Made by a program: the position numbers and the translations under genes. From the NCBI GenBank assembly GCA_038231275.1, contig JBBRLQ010000002.1, positions 128,001 to 192,000 of the forward strand: a stretch of 64,000 nucleotides of DNA. The letters are read 5' to 3'. Under the pieces are notes generated by a model, which saw only the letters and a program-made list of their open reading frames with translations, was not told the origin of the DNA and did no database searches. This DNA is from Polyangiales bacterium. Lineage in GTDB: Bacteria > Myxococcota_A > Polyangia > Polyangiales > Polyangiaceae. Shown piece by piece: positions 31,115 through 39,749 of the stretch (positions within the stretch are counted from its first letter, which is position 1; every line of letters begins with the position of its first letter).

Positions 31115-31932
31115 GTCGCCGCCCGCGGAGACCGGGGTCCGAAGAGGTCACGGCGGTAGTAACGCGGCGTCAGGAAACGCAGCGCCCCTTTCAGGAGGGT
31201 CATCCACGCCAGGTGCGCGCCTGTTCGCCGGTTCTCGAGCAGCCGCCGCGCGAGCCAGGGCGCCACGACGTCCACCGGATCGGCGATGAAGTTGAAGAGC
31301 CGCCGCTGTGAGCGCCACAGCGCCGGATCACCTTGCTCGTAGACCGACACCAAGAGATCCGTGACGACGATTCCCGGGCTGGCGGTGCCGACGACGACGT
31401 CGCGACCTCGTGTCTCGTCGACGAGCGAGCGCGTGAAGTAACGGAGCGCGCGCTTGGTGCTGCCGTAGATCGCCATCCCGCGCTGGCGGGCGCCATCCGC
31501 GCCGAAGCCCTCCATGTTGTAGAGCGAGCCGCTCCCCTGCTTCAGCATTCCCGCGAGCGCGACGCGTGAGCCGTTCATGACGCCGATTAGGTTCGTCGCG
31601 ACGACGGAATGGATTTGCGCGGGCGGCAGCTCGACGAAGGCGCGCTGCGCGTTGCTCGTGCCGGCGTTGTTGACCCAGACGTCGACGCGGCCGAACCGCT
31701 CGATCGCGGCGTCCCAGAGCCGCTCCACATCGTCGTACGCCGCGACGTCACAGCTCTTGCCGAGGATGCGCGCCTCGGGAAATCGCGCGGAGAGCACGCG
31801 AACCGCGTCGCGGACGCCGTCTTCGCCGCGCGCCGAGACGACGACGTTGGCGCCCCTCGTCAGGAGCGAATCGACGAGCCCGAAGCCGAGCCCCTTGGTG
31901 CTCCCGGTCACGACGACTGTCGGCGCGCTCAT
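31111..31932 (-). CDS. SDR oxidoreductase
   Basis: 'TGSTKGLG', 'WVNNAG', 'YNMEGFG', 'YGSTK'. Confidence 0.9.
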   Translation of the reverse strand: MSAPTVVVTGSTKGLGFGLVDSLLTRGANVVVSARGEDGVRDAVRVLSARFPEARILGKSCDVAAYDDVERLWDAAIERFGRVDVWVNNAGTSNAQRAFVELPPAQIHSVVATNLIGVMNGSRVALAGMLKQGSGSLYNMEGFGADGARQRGMAIYGSTKRALRYFTRSLVDETRGRDVVVGTASPGIVVTDLLVSVYEQGDPALWRSQRRLFNFIADPVDVVAPWLARRLLENRRTGAHLAWMTLLKGALRFLTPRYYRRDLFGPRSPRAAT

Positions 31933-32091
31933 CTCTCGTGTCGCCCCCCCATGCGTCGGCACGAGCGTACCAGCGGCGGAGGAACGAAGGGGGCGGCAAG
32001 AAGTTGCCTTTCCGGAAGTGAAACGTGTGTTTCGGCGAACGTGTCGTGGATCCGCCGTGGCGACACCGACGCGGCGCGCTAGGCTAGCGGC

Positions 32092-32742
32092 ATGCGCTTG
32101 AAATCCATTTTCGCGTTCGTCGCCCTTCCTCCCCTCCTCGCCATCGCCTGCTCGTCGAGCTCGTCGAGCCCCGCGACCGGCGGCGACGCGTCCGCCGACG
32201 CGGGCGGCGGAAGCAGCAGTGGCACGTCCGGCTCGTCGGGCACGTCATCGGGCTCGTCGGGTTCTTCAGGAACGTCCGGTACGTCTGGCAGCTCCGGCTC
32301 GTCGGGTTCTTCTGGAACGTCCGGTTCCTCGGGATCGTCGGGCTCGTCCGGCAACGTCGACTCGGGCCAGACCTGCCCGACGGCGGTGGACTTCGCAAAG
32401 TGCGTCGAGGCCGACGCGGGAACGGCCGGCAACCCGTTCCAGGACTTCGGCGCGACCGACGCGTTGGTCAACATGGTCACGGGCGACTACAACGCCGGCG
32501 TCCCGTCGACGTTCGACATCCCCTGCATCAAGATCAAGGTCGGCCAGAAGGTCACGTGGCAGGGGAACTTCACGACGCATCCGCTCATCGCCGCGCCGTG
32601 CAATCCGGCCGGCAACACGATCCCAACCGGCGGACCCGGCATCGGAACGGCGGTCTTGAACGTCACGACGGCGGGCATCTACGGCTTCCAGTGCCAGATC
32701 CATACGGGACAAGGCATGAAGGGCGTCATCGTCGCCTACTGA
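32092..32742 (+). CDS. Cupredoxin (plastocyanin/azurin-like) lipoprotein with Ser/Gly linker
   Basis: Lipobox AIAC; type-1 Cu ligands 'HP' ... 'CQIHTGQGM'; (SSG/TSG)n linker. Confidence 0.85.
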   Translation: MRLKSIFAFVALPPLLAIACSSSSSSPATGGDASADAGGGSSSGTSGSSGTSSGSSGSSGTSGTSGSSGSSGSSGTSGSSGSSGSSGNVDSGQTCPTAVDFAKCVEADAGTAGNPFQDFGATDALVNMVTGDYNAGVPSTFDIPCIKIKVGQKVTWQGNFTTHPLIAAPCNPAGNTIPTGGPGIGTAVLNVTTAGIYGFQCQIHTGQGMKGVIVAY

Positions 32743-32751
32743 ATCGCCTCG

Positions 32752-33735
32752 TCAACGTGGTGCCGCGCGCGGATGCGACGCGAAGAATTTCCAGATCTCC
32801 TCGCGCGCGTCGATGTCGCGGTTGGTGGTGCCGATGAGCTCGTCACTCAAGTACTGCCAGCCACCCGGCCACGTGTGTCCGCCCCCTTGGATTTTCCAGA
32901 GCTCCACCGCGGTGCCCTCGGCGCAGCGGCCCCACGTCTGCACGTGGATGGTCGACCCGTCCTTCGTGTTCGTGTCGGGGATCGCGCGCTCGGCGGCGCC
33001 GGGCTCGCAGCCGTCGTGGCGAGCCCACTCCGCCGCCGTCGCCTCCGCCGAGATCACCATTCCGCGCGACGCGAGGCCGCGCAGGCGAACCTCGCCGCCC
33101 TCGTAGGGCACGATCGGATCGGCGGTGCCGTGGACGATCATGACGCTCACCGGACGCTTCGGCGCGCACGTGGGCTGGATCGAGCGGGGCGTCGTGCCGG
33201 CGACGAGCGCGACGGCGACGATGCGATCGGAGAGCTCGCACGCGAGGCGGCTCGACATCATCGCGCCGTTCGACATTCCGGTCGCGAAGACGCGCGTCTC
33301 GTCGACGAGGTAGGTGGCCTTGAGATCGTCCAGGATGGCTCGCACGAAGTCCACGTCAGCGACCTCTTCGCGATGCGCGGCGGAGTGGACGTCGGCGCGC
33401 CCGTCGTTCCATCCCTTGTCGACGCCCTCCGGGTACACGAGAAAAAAACCGTACTTTTCGGCCGTGGCGTCGAGGCCAGTGAGCTGGTGCATGCGCGCGC
33501 CGGTGCCGCCGCCTCCGTGGAGCGCGAGGACGACGGGGAGCGGGTGACGCTCGCGTGACGCCGTCGGGACCACCAAGTGCCACGCGCGCGCGCGGTCGCC
33601 GACGACCACCGAACGTTCTACGTACTCCGAGCGAGAAGCTCCCCGCTCGGGTGGAAATTTCGACTCGGAATGTACGTTGCAACCTGCAAGCATCAAGGCC
33701 GCGAGGCCGCAAATTCCCTTACGCCAGGCTGTCAC
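32752..33735 (-). CDS. LpqC/PHB-depolymerase-family esterase lipoprotein
   Basis: 'LHGGGG', nucleophile 'GMSNG', 'HGTADPIVPY', 'GGGHTWPG'. Confidence 0.9.
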   Translation of the reverse strand: MTAWRKGICGLAALMLAGCNVHSESKFPPERGASRSEYVERSVVVGDRARAWHLVVPTASRERHPLPVVLALHGGGGTGARMHQLTGLDATAEKYGFFLVYPEGVDKGWNDGRADVHSAAHREEVADVDFVRAILDDLKATYLVDETRVFATGMSNGAMMSSRLACELSDRIVAVALVAGTTPRSIQPTCAPKRPVSVMIVHGTADPIVPYEGGEVRLRGLASRGMVISAEATAAEWARHDGCEPGAAERAIPDTNTKDGSTIHVQTWGRCAEGTAVELWKIQGGGHTWPGGWQYLSDELIGTTNRDIDAREEIWKFFASHPRAAPR

Positions 33736-33974
33736 GTTCGTAACGTACCCATGATCGTCACGCCGTCACAGTTGCCAGTTCGTGCCACGCGAACCCACGC
33801 GACCCATCGCGAACCCCGCGCAATGTCGCGCGCACGCCGCCGCGAGTGGCGCTCCGTCGCCCTTTGAATCAAGACGAGGGAAGCGGCATCAACGTTGCTC
33901 GTAGACAGAGTGGCTCGCGCGCTCCCCCTCGTCGGTCCGGGAGCACTTCAGCCCACATTCGGAGTTGCTTCACG

Positions 33975-34475
33975 ATGTACCCCCTTCGCGATGTCGAGCA
34001 CAGGGACCGAGCTTCGGGCATGCGACTGCGCGCCTCGTCCGACGACGAACGACGCGACGACGAGCCCCACACCTTTCGCGTCGACGAGCCGTTCGATGGC
34101 CTCGATGACGACGACGAGGCGACGACCTCCGAGCGCGCGACGCTCGCGCCGCCTCCCGAGGGCAGCACCTCCGACGTCCCTCGCAAGAGCGATCCGACCG
34201 AAGCGATCAGCGAAGTGCTCTTCCGCGCGGCGTGCGGAGACAGCAACGGCGCGTTGACCGCGGCGGAGGAGCTGATGGCGCGGGTGCCGGTCGTCCTCAT
34301 GTCGAAGGACGATCTGCGCGCCGAGCCGCTCGGCTACTGGGAGCTTCACATGCTCGCGCAGATCGACGCGATGTCCTCGCTCGCCGAGCTCATCGACGAC
34401 GCCAAGGTCCCGCCCACCGAGGTGGTCCGCGTCGTCTGCGAGCTCGTCGAACGAAAAATCATCGCGCTTCGCTGA
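33975..34475 (+). CDS. Hypothetical protein with C-terminal winged-helix-like segment
   Basis: Acidic N-terminus followed by 'LAQIDAMSSLAELID...VVCELVERKII'; start uncertain (33975 or 34020). Confidence 0.6.
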   Translation: MYPLRDVEHRDRASGMRLRASSDDERRDDEPHTFRVDEPFDGLDDDDEATTSERATLAPPPEGSTSDVPRKSDPTEAISEVLFRAACGDSNGALTAAEELMARVPVVLMSKDDLRAEPLGYWELHMLAQIDAMSSLAELIDDAKVPPTEVVRVVCELVERKIIALR

Positions 34476-34487
34476 AGTGGAGCGAAA
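34476..34487. repeat. Minimal copy of REP-like motif
   Basis: The whole 12-nt convergent intergenic gap is agtggagcgaaa, the reverse complement of tttcgctccact at 50336-50347. Confidence 0.4.
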
Positions 34488-35714
34488 TCAGGCCTCGAGC
34501 CGGTCGCGCAGGACGCGGCCACCCTGCACCACCAACGACGGCAGGGCCGCGGTGAGCGAGGCGCCGATCGTCTCGCCGCGGAACGCGCACAGATCGGCGA
34601 CCGCGCCGACCGTGATCGAGCCAACGTCGGGGAGGCGCAAGAGGTCCGCCGCCGCGCGCGTCGCGGCGTAGAGGGCGGCGAGCTCACTCATGCCGTAGTC
34701 GATCAGATGCGCGAGCTCGATGCGTGAGCCGAGGGCGTGCGGGTACGCGCCGATGTCCGTCCCCATCGCGATCGTGATGCCGGACGCGAGGACCCGCGAG
34801 AACGCCTCTCGCGCGGAGCCGACCCGGCGCTTGGCGCGATCGCGCTTCTTGTCGTCGGTCGTCGTCTTGAGGACGTTCTCGAGCACCGAGAGCGTCGGGA
34901 CGAGGACCACGCCACGTGCGACGGCGCGATCGAGCGTGTCTCTCGAGAGCGGACCCAGGTGCTCGATCGACGCGGCGCCGCAGTCGACCGCCTGCCGCGC
35001 GCCCGCGTCGCTCGTGACGTGCGCGGCGACCTTCACCCCGCGTCGCGTGGCCTCGTCGCAGATCGCGCGGAGCTCGGGCGGCGTGAACGTCGGACGGTCC
35101 TCCGTCACGCCGGTCGTCGCGTCGACCGAGAACCAGTCGGCGAAGACCTTGATCCACGCGACGCCGAACGACACTTGCTCGCGGACCTCACGCCGCGCCG
35201 CGTCCTCGCCGTCGACGAGGGAGCACCCGGTCGGCACGCAGACGCCCGGCGCGAACGGCTGCGGGAGGTAGCCGCCGGTGACGCTGATTCCGGGACCCGA
35301 AGGAAGGATCCGCGGCCCCTCGCACACGCCGGTGCGAACCGCCTCGCGGAGCGCGACGTCCGCGTACCCTGCCCCCTCGGTGCACACGTCACGAATGGTG
35401 AGGATGCCGTTGTCGAGCGCGCTGCGGGCATGGGCGGCCGCACGCAGCGTGCGAAGCGGCACGCCGTCACGGAGCAGCTCGCGATCGTAGTTGCCGTCGC
35501 CGGTCATGAGCATGTGCGTGTGCGCGTCGATGAGCCCCGGCACGAGCAGATGTCCCGTCAGATCCACGACGCGATCCTCGGGGCCCCACGCCGCGGCTCC
35601 CGGCGGCCCGGTGCGCACCTCCGCGATCGTCGCGCCCTCGACGACCACGGTGGCCGGCGCAGGCGCGGCGCGACCGTCCGAGACCTTCGCCCCCGCGAGG
35701 ATCAGCTTCGGCAT
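34488..35714 (-). CDS. Metal-dependent amidohydrolase (Xaa-Pro dipeptidase-like)
   Basis: 'PGLIDAHTH', 'WIKVF', 'KVAAH', 'SIEH', 'MGTD'. Confidence 0.9.
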   Translation of the reverse strand: MPKLILAGAKVSDGRAAPAPATVVVEGATIAEVRTGPPGAAAWGPEDRVVDLTGHLLVPGLIDAHTHMLMTGDGNYDRELLRDGVPLRTLRAAAHARSALDNGILTIRDVCTEGAGYADVALREAVRTGVCEGPRILPSGPGISVTGGYLPQPFAPGVCVPTGCSLVDGEDAARREVREQVSFGVAWIKVFADWFSVDATTGVTEDRPTFTPPELRAICDEATRRGVKVAAHVTSDAGARQAVDCGAASIEHLGPLSRDTLDRAVARGVVLVPTLSVLENVLKTTTDDKKRDRAKRRVGSAREAFSRVLASGITIAMGTDIGAYPHALGSRIELAHLIDYGMSELAALYAATRAAADLLRLPDVGSITVGAVADLCAFRGETIGASLTAALPSLVVQGGRVLRDRLEA

Positions 35715-35806
35715 GCCCTCCATTGATACCACCTCCCTTTGCTCGCAGCCCCGAACCTCGCTCTTTTTCCCGGGATGGGGGGACAGGCTCTAGGATACGG
35801 GAGCGC

Positions 35807-37207
35807 ATGGGCTCAGATCACCGGCCGTCGATCGTCTTCATGCAGCACGTGGAGGCGGAGGCGTCGATCCACGAGCGGATGCAGCCCAAGCTCCGCCGTC
35901 TGACCGCGAAGTTCGCGGATCACGCGCTCGAGGACCAGTTCCTGCGCGACGAGCTCGAGCACGGCACGCGCGCGTTCCTGCGCTTCAGCATCGTCGTCGC
36001 CGCGGCCGCGTTCCTCCTCTATGGCATCCACGACGCCGTCGTCGTCCCCAGCGTGCGCGGCCTCGCCTGGGCGATCCGGTACGGGGTGTTCGTCCCAGCG
36101 GCGCTCGTCACGGTGGGCGTCGTCTTCTCGCGCCATCTCACGCGATGGCACCAGCCGACGATGCTCCTCTTCGGGATGAGCGTGAACGCGGTGGTCCTGT
36201 GGATCGGCGCCATCGCGCCGCGTGAGGGCTTCTTCATCTACACCTCGTTCGCGATCCTCTTCGTGACGCTCGGCGCCTTCATCGCGCGCATGAGCGTCGT
36301 CACGCAGATCACCTACACGCTCCTCTCGATGCTCGCCTACGACGCGCTCGATCTCGCGATCTCGCACAGCAGCCTCGAGGTCCGCGTCTCGATGAACCTC
36401 ACCTTCTTCTCGATGGGCGGCATCGGCGCGCTGGTGGCGCACCAGTTGGAGGCGCAGGCGCGGCGCGGCTTCCTCCAGCGTCAGGTCATCCTCGAGCAGA
36501 TCGCCGAGATCGACGTCGAGCGCCAGCGCGCCGAGCAGCTGCTCCTCAACATCCTGCCAGCCCCGATCGCGAAGCGCCTCAAGCTCGACTCGCGCGCAGT
36601 CGCCGAGGCGTTCGCGGAGACGACCGTGATGTTCGCGGACATCGTCGGCTTCACGAAGATGAGCGCGCGCCTCACGCCAGAGGAGGTCGTGCGACGCCTG
36701 AACCAGATCTTCAGCGCGTTCGACGATTTCGCCGACGAGCTCCGGCTCGAGAAGATCAAGACGATCGGCGACGCATACATGGTGGCGGGCGGCCTCCACG
36801 ATCGCAACGCGACCCAGCAGGCCCGCGCGATCGCCGAGATGGGGCTGCGGATGACCGAGTACGTCACCGAGTACGGCAAGAAGCTGGGCGAAGAGCTCGC
36901 GATCCGCGTCGGCATCCACACCGGTCCGGTGGTGGCGGGCGTCATCGGGCGACGGAAGTTCATCTACGACGTGTGGGGCGACACGGTGAACACCGCGAGC
37001 CGCATGGAGTCCCACGGCCTGCCCGGACGCATTCAAGTCTCGCAGGAGACCTATCGGCGCCTCGGCGACGGCTACGTCTTCGAGGATCGCGGCGAGATCG
37101 ACCTGAAGGGCAAGGGGCCCACGCGCGCGTGGATCCTGGTGGGTCGCAAGGGGGCAGGAGCGGCGCCCCAGAGCAGCAAAAGAGGCGATAAGATGGAGAC
37201 GCCATGA
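35807..37207 (+). CDS. Membrane-bound class III adenylate cyclase
   Basis: About six TM helices; 'LLLNILP', 'FADIVGFT', 'EKIKTIGDAYM', 'YDVWGDTVNTASRMES' (K/D pair indicates ATP specificity). Confidence 0.93.
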   Translation: MGSDHRPSIVFMQHVEAEASIHERMQPKLRRLTAKFADHALEDQFLRDELEHGTRAFLRFSIVVAAAAFLLYGIHDAVVVPSVRGLAWAIRYGVFVPAALVTVGVVFSRHLTRWHQPTMLLFGMSVNAVVLWIGAIAPREGFFIYTSFAILFVTLGAFIARMSVVTQITYTLLSMLAYDALDLAISHSSLEVRVSMNLTFFSMGGIGALVAHQLEAQARRGFLQRQVILEQIAEIDVERQRAEQLLLNILPAPIAKRLKLDSRAVAEAFAETTVMFADIVGFTKMSARLTPEEVVRRLNQIFSAFDDFADELRLEKIKTIGDAYMVAGGLHDRNATQQARAIAEMGLRMTEYVTEYGKKLGEELAIRVGIHTGPVVAGVIGRRKFIYDVWGDTVNTASRMESHGLPGRIQVSQETYRRLGDGYVFEDRGEIDLKGKGPTRAWILVGRKGAGAAPQSSKRGDKMETP

Positions 37208-37815
37208 CCGCACCGCAAGCCCCTCCCCCGACATGCTCCTCCTGCGGCGGTCCCGACGATGGCGAGTTCGTCATTTGCAAATTCTGCAAGCGGGCGCTCT
37301 CGGCCGAGATCGCGCAAGCGGCGATCCCCTGTCCGCGCTGCCGTACGCTTTGTCGCTGGGGGAAGCAGAAGTGCGGCGCGTGCGCGACGTGGCTCGTCGT
37401 CAGCTGCGTGTTCTGCGGCGCGCTCTCTCCGCACAACCAGTCCGCCTGCCTCACCTGCCACGAGGCCTTCGCCGGAGCGCCGGAGCGCAAGGCACAGCGC
37501 GAGGCGCAGGCGCGGCAGCAGCAGGAGGTGCAGACCTTCGGGACCGTCGGCAACGTCGCCGCGTCGTTCCTCGGCGCCCTCGCCGGTGGGGCCGTAGGCA
37601 GCTCGTTCGGCGGCGGCTACCACGGGCACTACCACCCGGCATGGGACAGCTCGAACAACAGCTACGGCAGCTCGTCCGACGATCACCCGCCCATTGGCAA
37701 CGTCGGCGGCGACATCACCGGCGGCGGCTTCTCCGAGTCCGGCGGCAGCGACGACTCGTCTAGTTACGACTCCTCCAGCGATGACTCCTCGTCGAGCGGC
37801 GACTCGGACAGCTGA
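37204..37815 (+). CDS. Multi-zinc-ribbon protein with Ser/Asp/Gly-rich tail
   Basis: Six CxxC pairs; ATGA overlap with the cyclase. Confidence 0.75.
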   Translation: MTAPQAPPPTCSSCGGPDDGEFVICKFCKRALSAEIAQAAIPCPRCRTLCRWGKQKCGACATWLVVSCVFCGALSPHNQSACLTCHEAFAGAPERKAQREAQARQQQEVQTFGTVGNVAASFLGALAGGAVGSSFGGGYHGHYHPAWDSSNNSYGSSSDDHPPIGNVGGDITGGGFSESGGSDDSSSYDSSSDDSSSSGDSDS

Positions 37816-37829
37816 GTCTGCCCGCGTCG

Positions 37830-38756
37830 ATGCGAATCCTGTCGTACAACGTTCGCTACTTTGGGCACGCGACGCGCGGCCTTGCGAGCACGAAGCGCGC
37901 GATGCAGCGGATCGCAGCGGCGATCGCGGCGCTCGAGCCTCCGTGCGATCTGGTCTGCCTGCAGGAGGTCGAGACCGCGTCGATCCGCTCGACGCTCGCC
38001 CACCCACAAGATCGCGACGGCGAGACGCAGCTTGGGCGCTTCGTGGAGATGCTCGGCAAGGAGCTCCTCGCGCGCGGCGTGCGCGAACCGTACGAGGCGT
38101 ATTACTTCCCCGCGCACAAGTACCGCGTGAGCCGCGCGCTCCCTTTCTACACGACCGGCCTCGCCGTCCTCGCGCGCAAAGGCACGCGCGTGCAGCACAC
38201 CAACGCGGGCGAGCCGCACGACATCACGAATCGGCAATTGCACCCCGTGAAGGGCCTCAAGCAGACGCGCATCTGCGCGCACGTGCGCGTGCGGACCGAG
38301 AGCGGCGCGAGCCTCGACGTGTTCAACACGCACCTCTCCCTCCCGTCGACGATGTCGCGCGAGTTCTGGGTTCGCGAGCGTCGCATGGGCTACGGCCCCA
38401 ACCAGCTCGGCGAGGCGAAGAACCTCGTGCGCTTCGTCGAGAAGGAGAAGGAAGGGGACGCCTTCGTCATCGTCGGCGACTTCAACGCGCTGCCTGGCTC
38501 GCCGGTGTACCGCTACCTCGTGGGCGAGGCCAAGCTGACCGATCCGTTCGCGAAGCTCCACCGCATGAACGAGGACGAGCTGCGCCACTGGCCGACCGCC
38601 GGCTTCATGCGCCTGCGGATGCACCTCGATCACGTGTTCGTGGGGCCCGGGGTCCAGTGGCTCGACTTCGACGGGAGCACGCCGTTCGGAGACAAATCGA
38701 GCGCGTTCCACCTCCTGAGCGACCACGTGCCGCTCATCGGACGGTTTCGTGCATAG
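37830..38756 (+). CDS. Endonuclease/exonuclease/phosphatase (EEP) family protein
   Basis: 'LSYNV', 'CLQEV', 'NTHL', 'GDFN', 'LDHVF', 'SDHVP'. Confidence 0.92.
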   Translation: MRILSYNVRYFGHATRGLASTKRAMQRIAAAIAALEPPCDLVCLQEVETASIRSTLAHPQDRDGETQLGRFVEMLGKELLARGVREPYEAYYFPAHKYRVSRALPFYTTGLAVLARKGTRVQHTNAGEPHDITNRQLHPVKGLKQTRICAHVRVRTESGASLDVFNTHLSLPSTMSREFWVRERRMGYGPNQLGEAKNLVRFVEKEKEGDAFVIVGDFNALPGSPVYRYLVGEAKLTDPFAKLHRMNEDELRHWPTAGFMRLRMHLDHVFVGPGVQWLDFDGSTPFGDKSSAFHLLSDHVPLIGRFRA

Positions 38757-38773
38757 TGCACCTATGCGGCGCG

Positions 38774-39706
38774 TCAGCCTGCTTTTTTTAGATGATCCAT
38801 GAGGCGCCGCAAGCCTTCCTCGACCCCGACCTCGGGCGCGTACCCGAGCTCTTTGCGCGCAAGGGAGATGTCGGCGAGGGAGTCTTTGATGTCGCCGACC
38901 CGAACCGGCGCGTGGGTCGGCGTGAGATCGCGGCCCACGATCTTGCCGATCGCGGCGAGGAGCTCGAGGAGCGTCGTGCGCGTGCCGCAGCCGACGTTGT
39001 ACGCGCGCCCGCTGACGCCCGGGACGGTCGCCGCACGCAGATTCGCGTCGACGACGTTGCCCACGTAGACGAAATCGCGCGACTGCGAGCCGTCGCCGAA
39101 CACGGTGGCCGTCTTCCCCTCTAGCGCGCGCGCGACGAAGACGCTGATGACGCCGGAGTACGGCGACCGCGGATCCTGCCGCGGACCGAAGACGTTGAAG
39201 TAACGGAGCGACACCGTCTCGACGCCGTACAGCTTCGCCCAGGTCTGCAGGTACATCTCGCCGGTGATCTTCTCGACGCCGTACGGCGAGATCGGGAGCG
39301 GGCGCATCGACTCCTTCTTGGGGAGCTCCGGATCCTCTCCGTACACCGCCGCCGAGCACGCGAAGACGACGCGCTTCACCTTTTGCTTCTTCGCCGCGAT
39401 GAGCACGTTCAACGTGCCCTGGATGTTCACGTCGTGCGTCTCCTGCGGGTGCTCCACCGAGTAGGGCACGCTGACGACCGCCGCCTCGTGGAAGACGACG
39501 TCGCACCCCGCCATTCGGTAGTCGAGCTGTGGCGCGTCGCGCACGTCGCCCTCGACGATCTCGACCTTGCCTTCCAGCGTCGCGAGGTTCTCGCGCCGGC
39601 CGCTCGAGAAATTGTCGTAGACGACGACTTGGTGCCCTTCGCGCACGAGCCGCTCGGCGATGTGCGAACCGATGAACCCCGCGCCGCCGGTGACGAGTGC
39701 CTTCAT
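38774..39706 (-). CDS. NAD-dependent nucleotide-sugar epimerase (extended SDR)
   Basis: 'TGGAGFIGSH', 'YGVEK', 'LRYFNVFGPRQDP', 'RDFVYV'. Confidence 0.93.
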   Translation of the reverse strand: MKALVTGGAGFIGSHIAERLVREGHQVVVYDNFSSGRRENLATLEGKVEIVEGDVRDAPQLDYRMAGCDVVFHEAAVVSVPYSVEHPQETHDVNIQGTLNVLIAAKKQKVKRVVFACSAAVYGEDPELPKKESMRPLPISPYGVEKITGEMYLQTWAKLYGVETVSLRYFNVFGPRQDPRSPYSGVISVFVARALEGKTATVFGDGSQSRDFVYVGNVVDANLRAATVPGVSGRAYNVGCGTRTTLLELLAAIGKIVGRDLTPTHAPVRVGDIKDSLADISLARKELGYAPEVGVEEGLRRLMDHLKKAG

Positions 39707-39749
39707 GGTGCCGTCATTCTACACGACGGCACAATGGTCGTGATGCGCG

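Noticed and set aside
32212-32352. Repetitive DNA that could be mistaken for a CRISPR or tandem array
   Set aside because: It is a degenerate Ser/Gly/Thr linker in the cupredoxin CDS, with no constant repeat-spacer structure.
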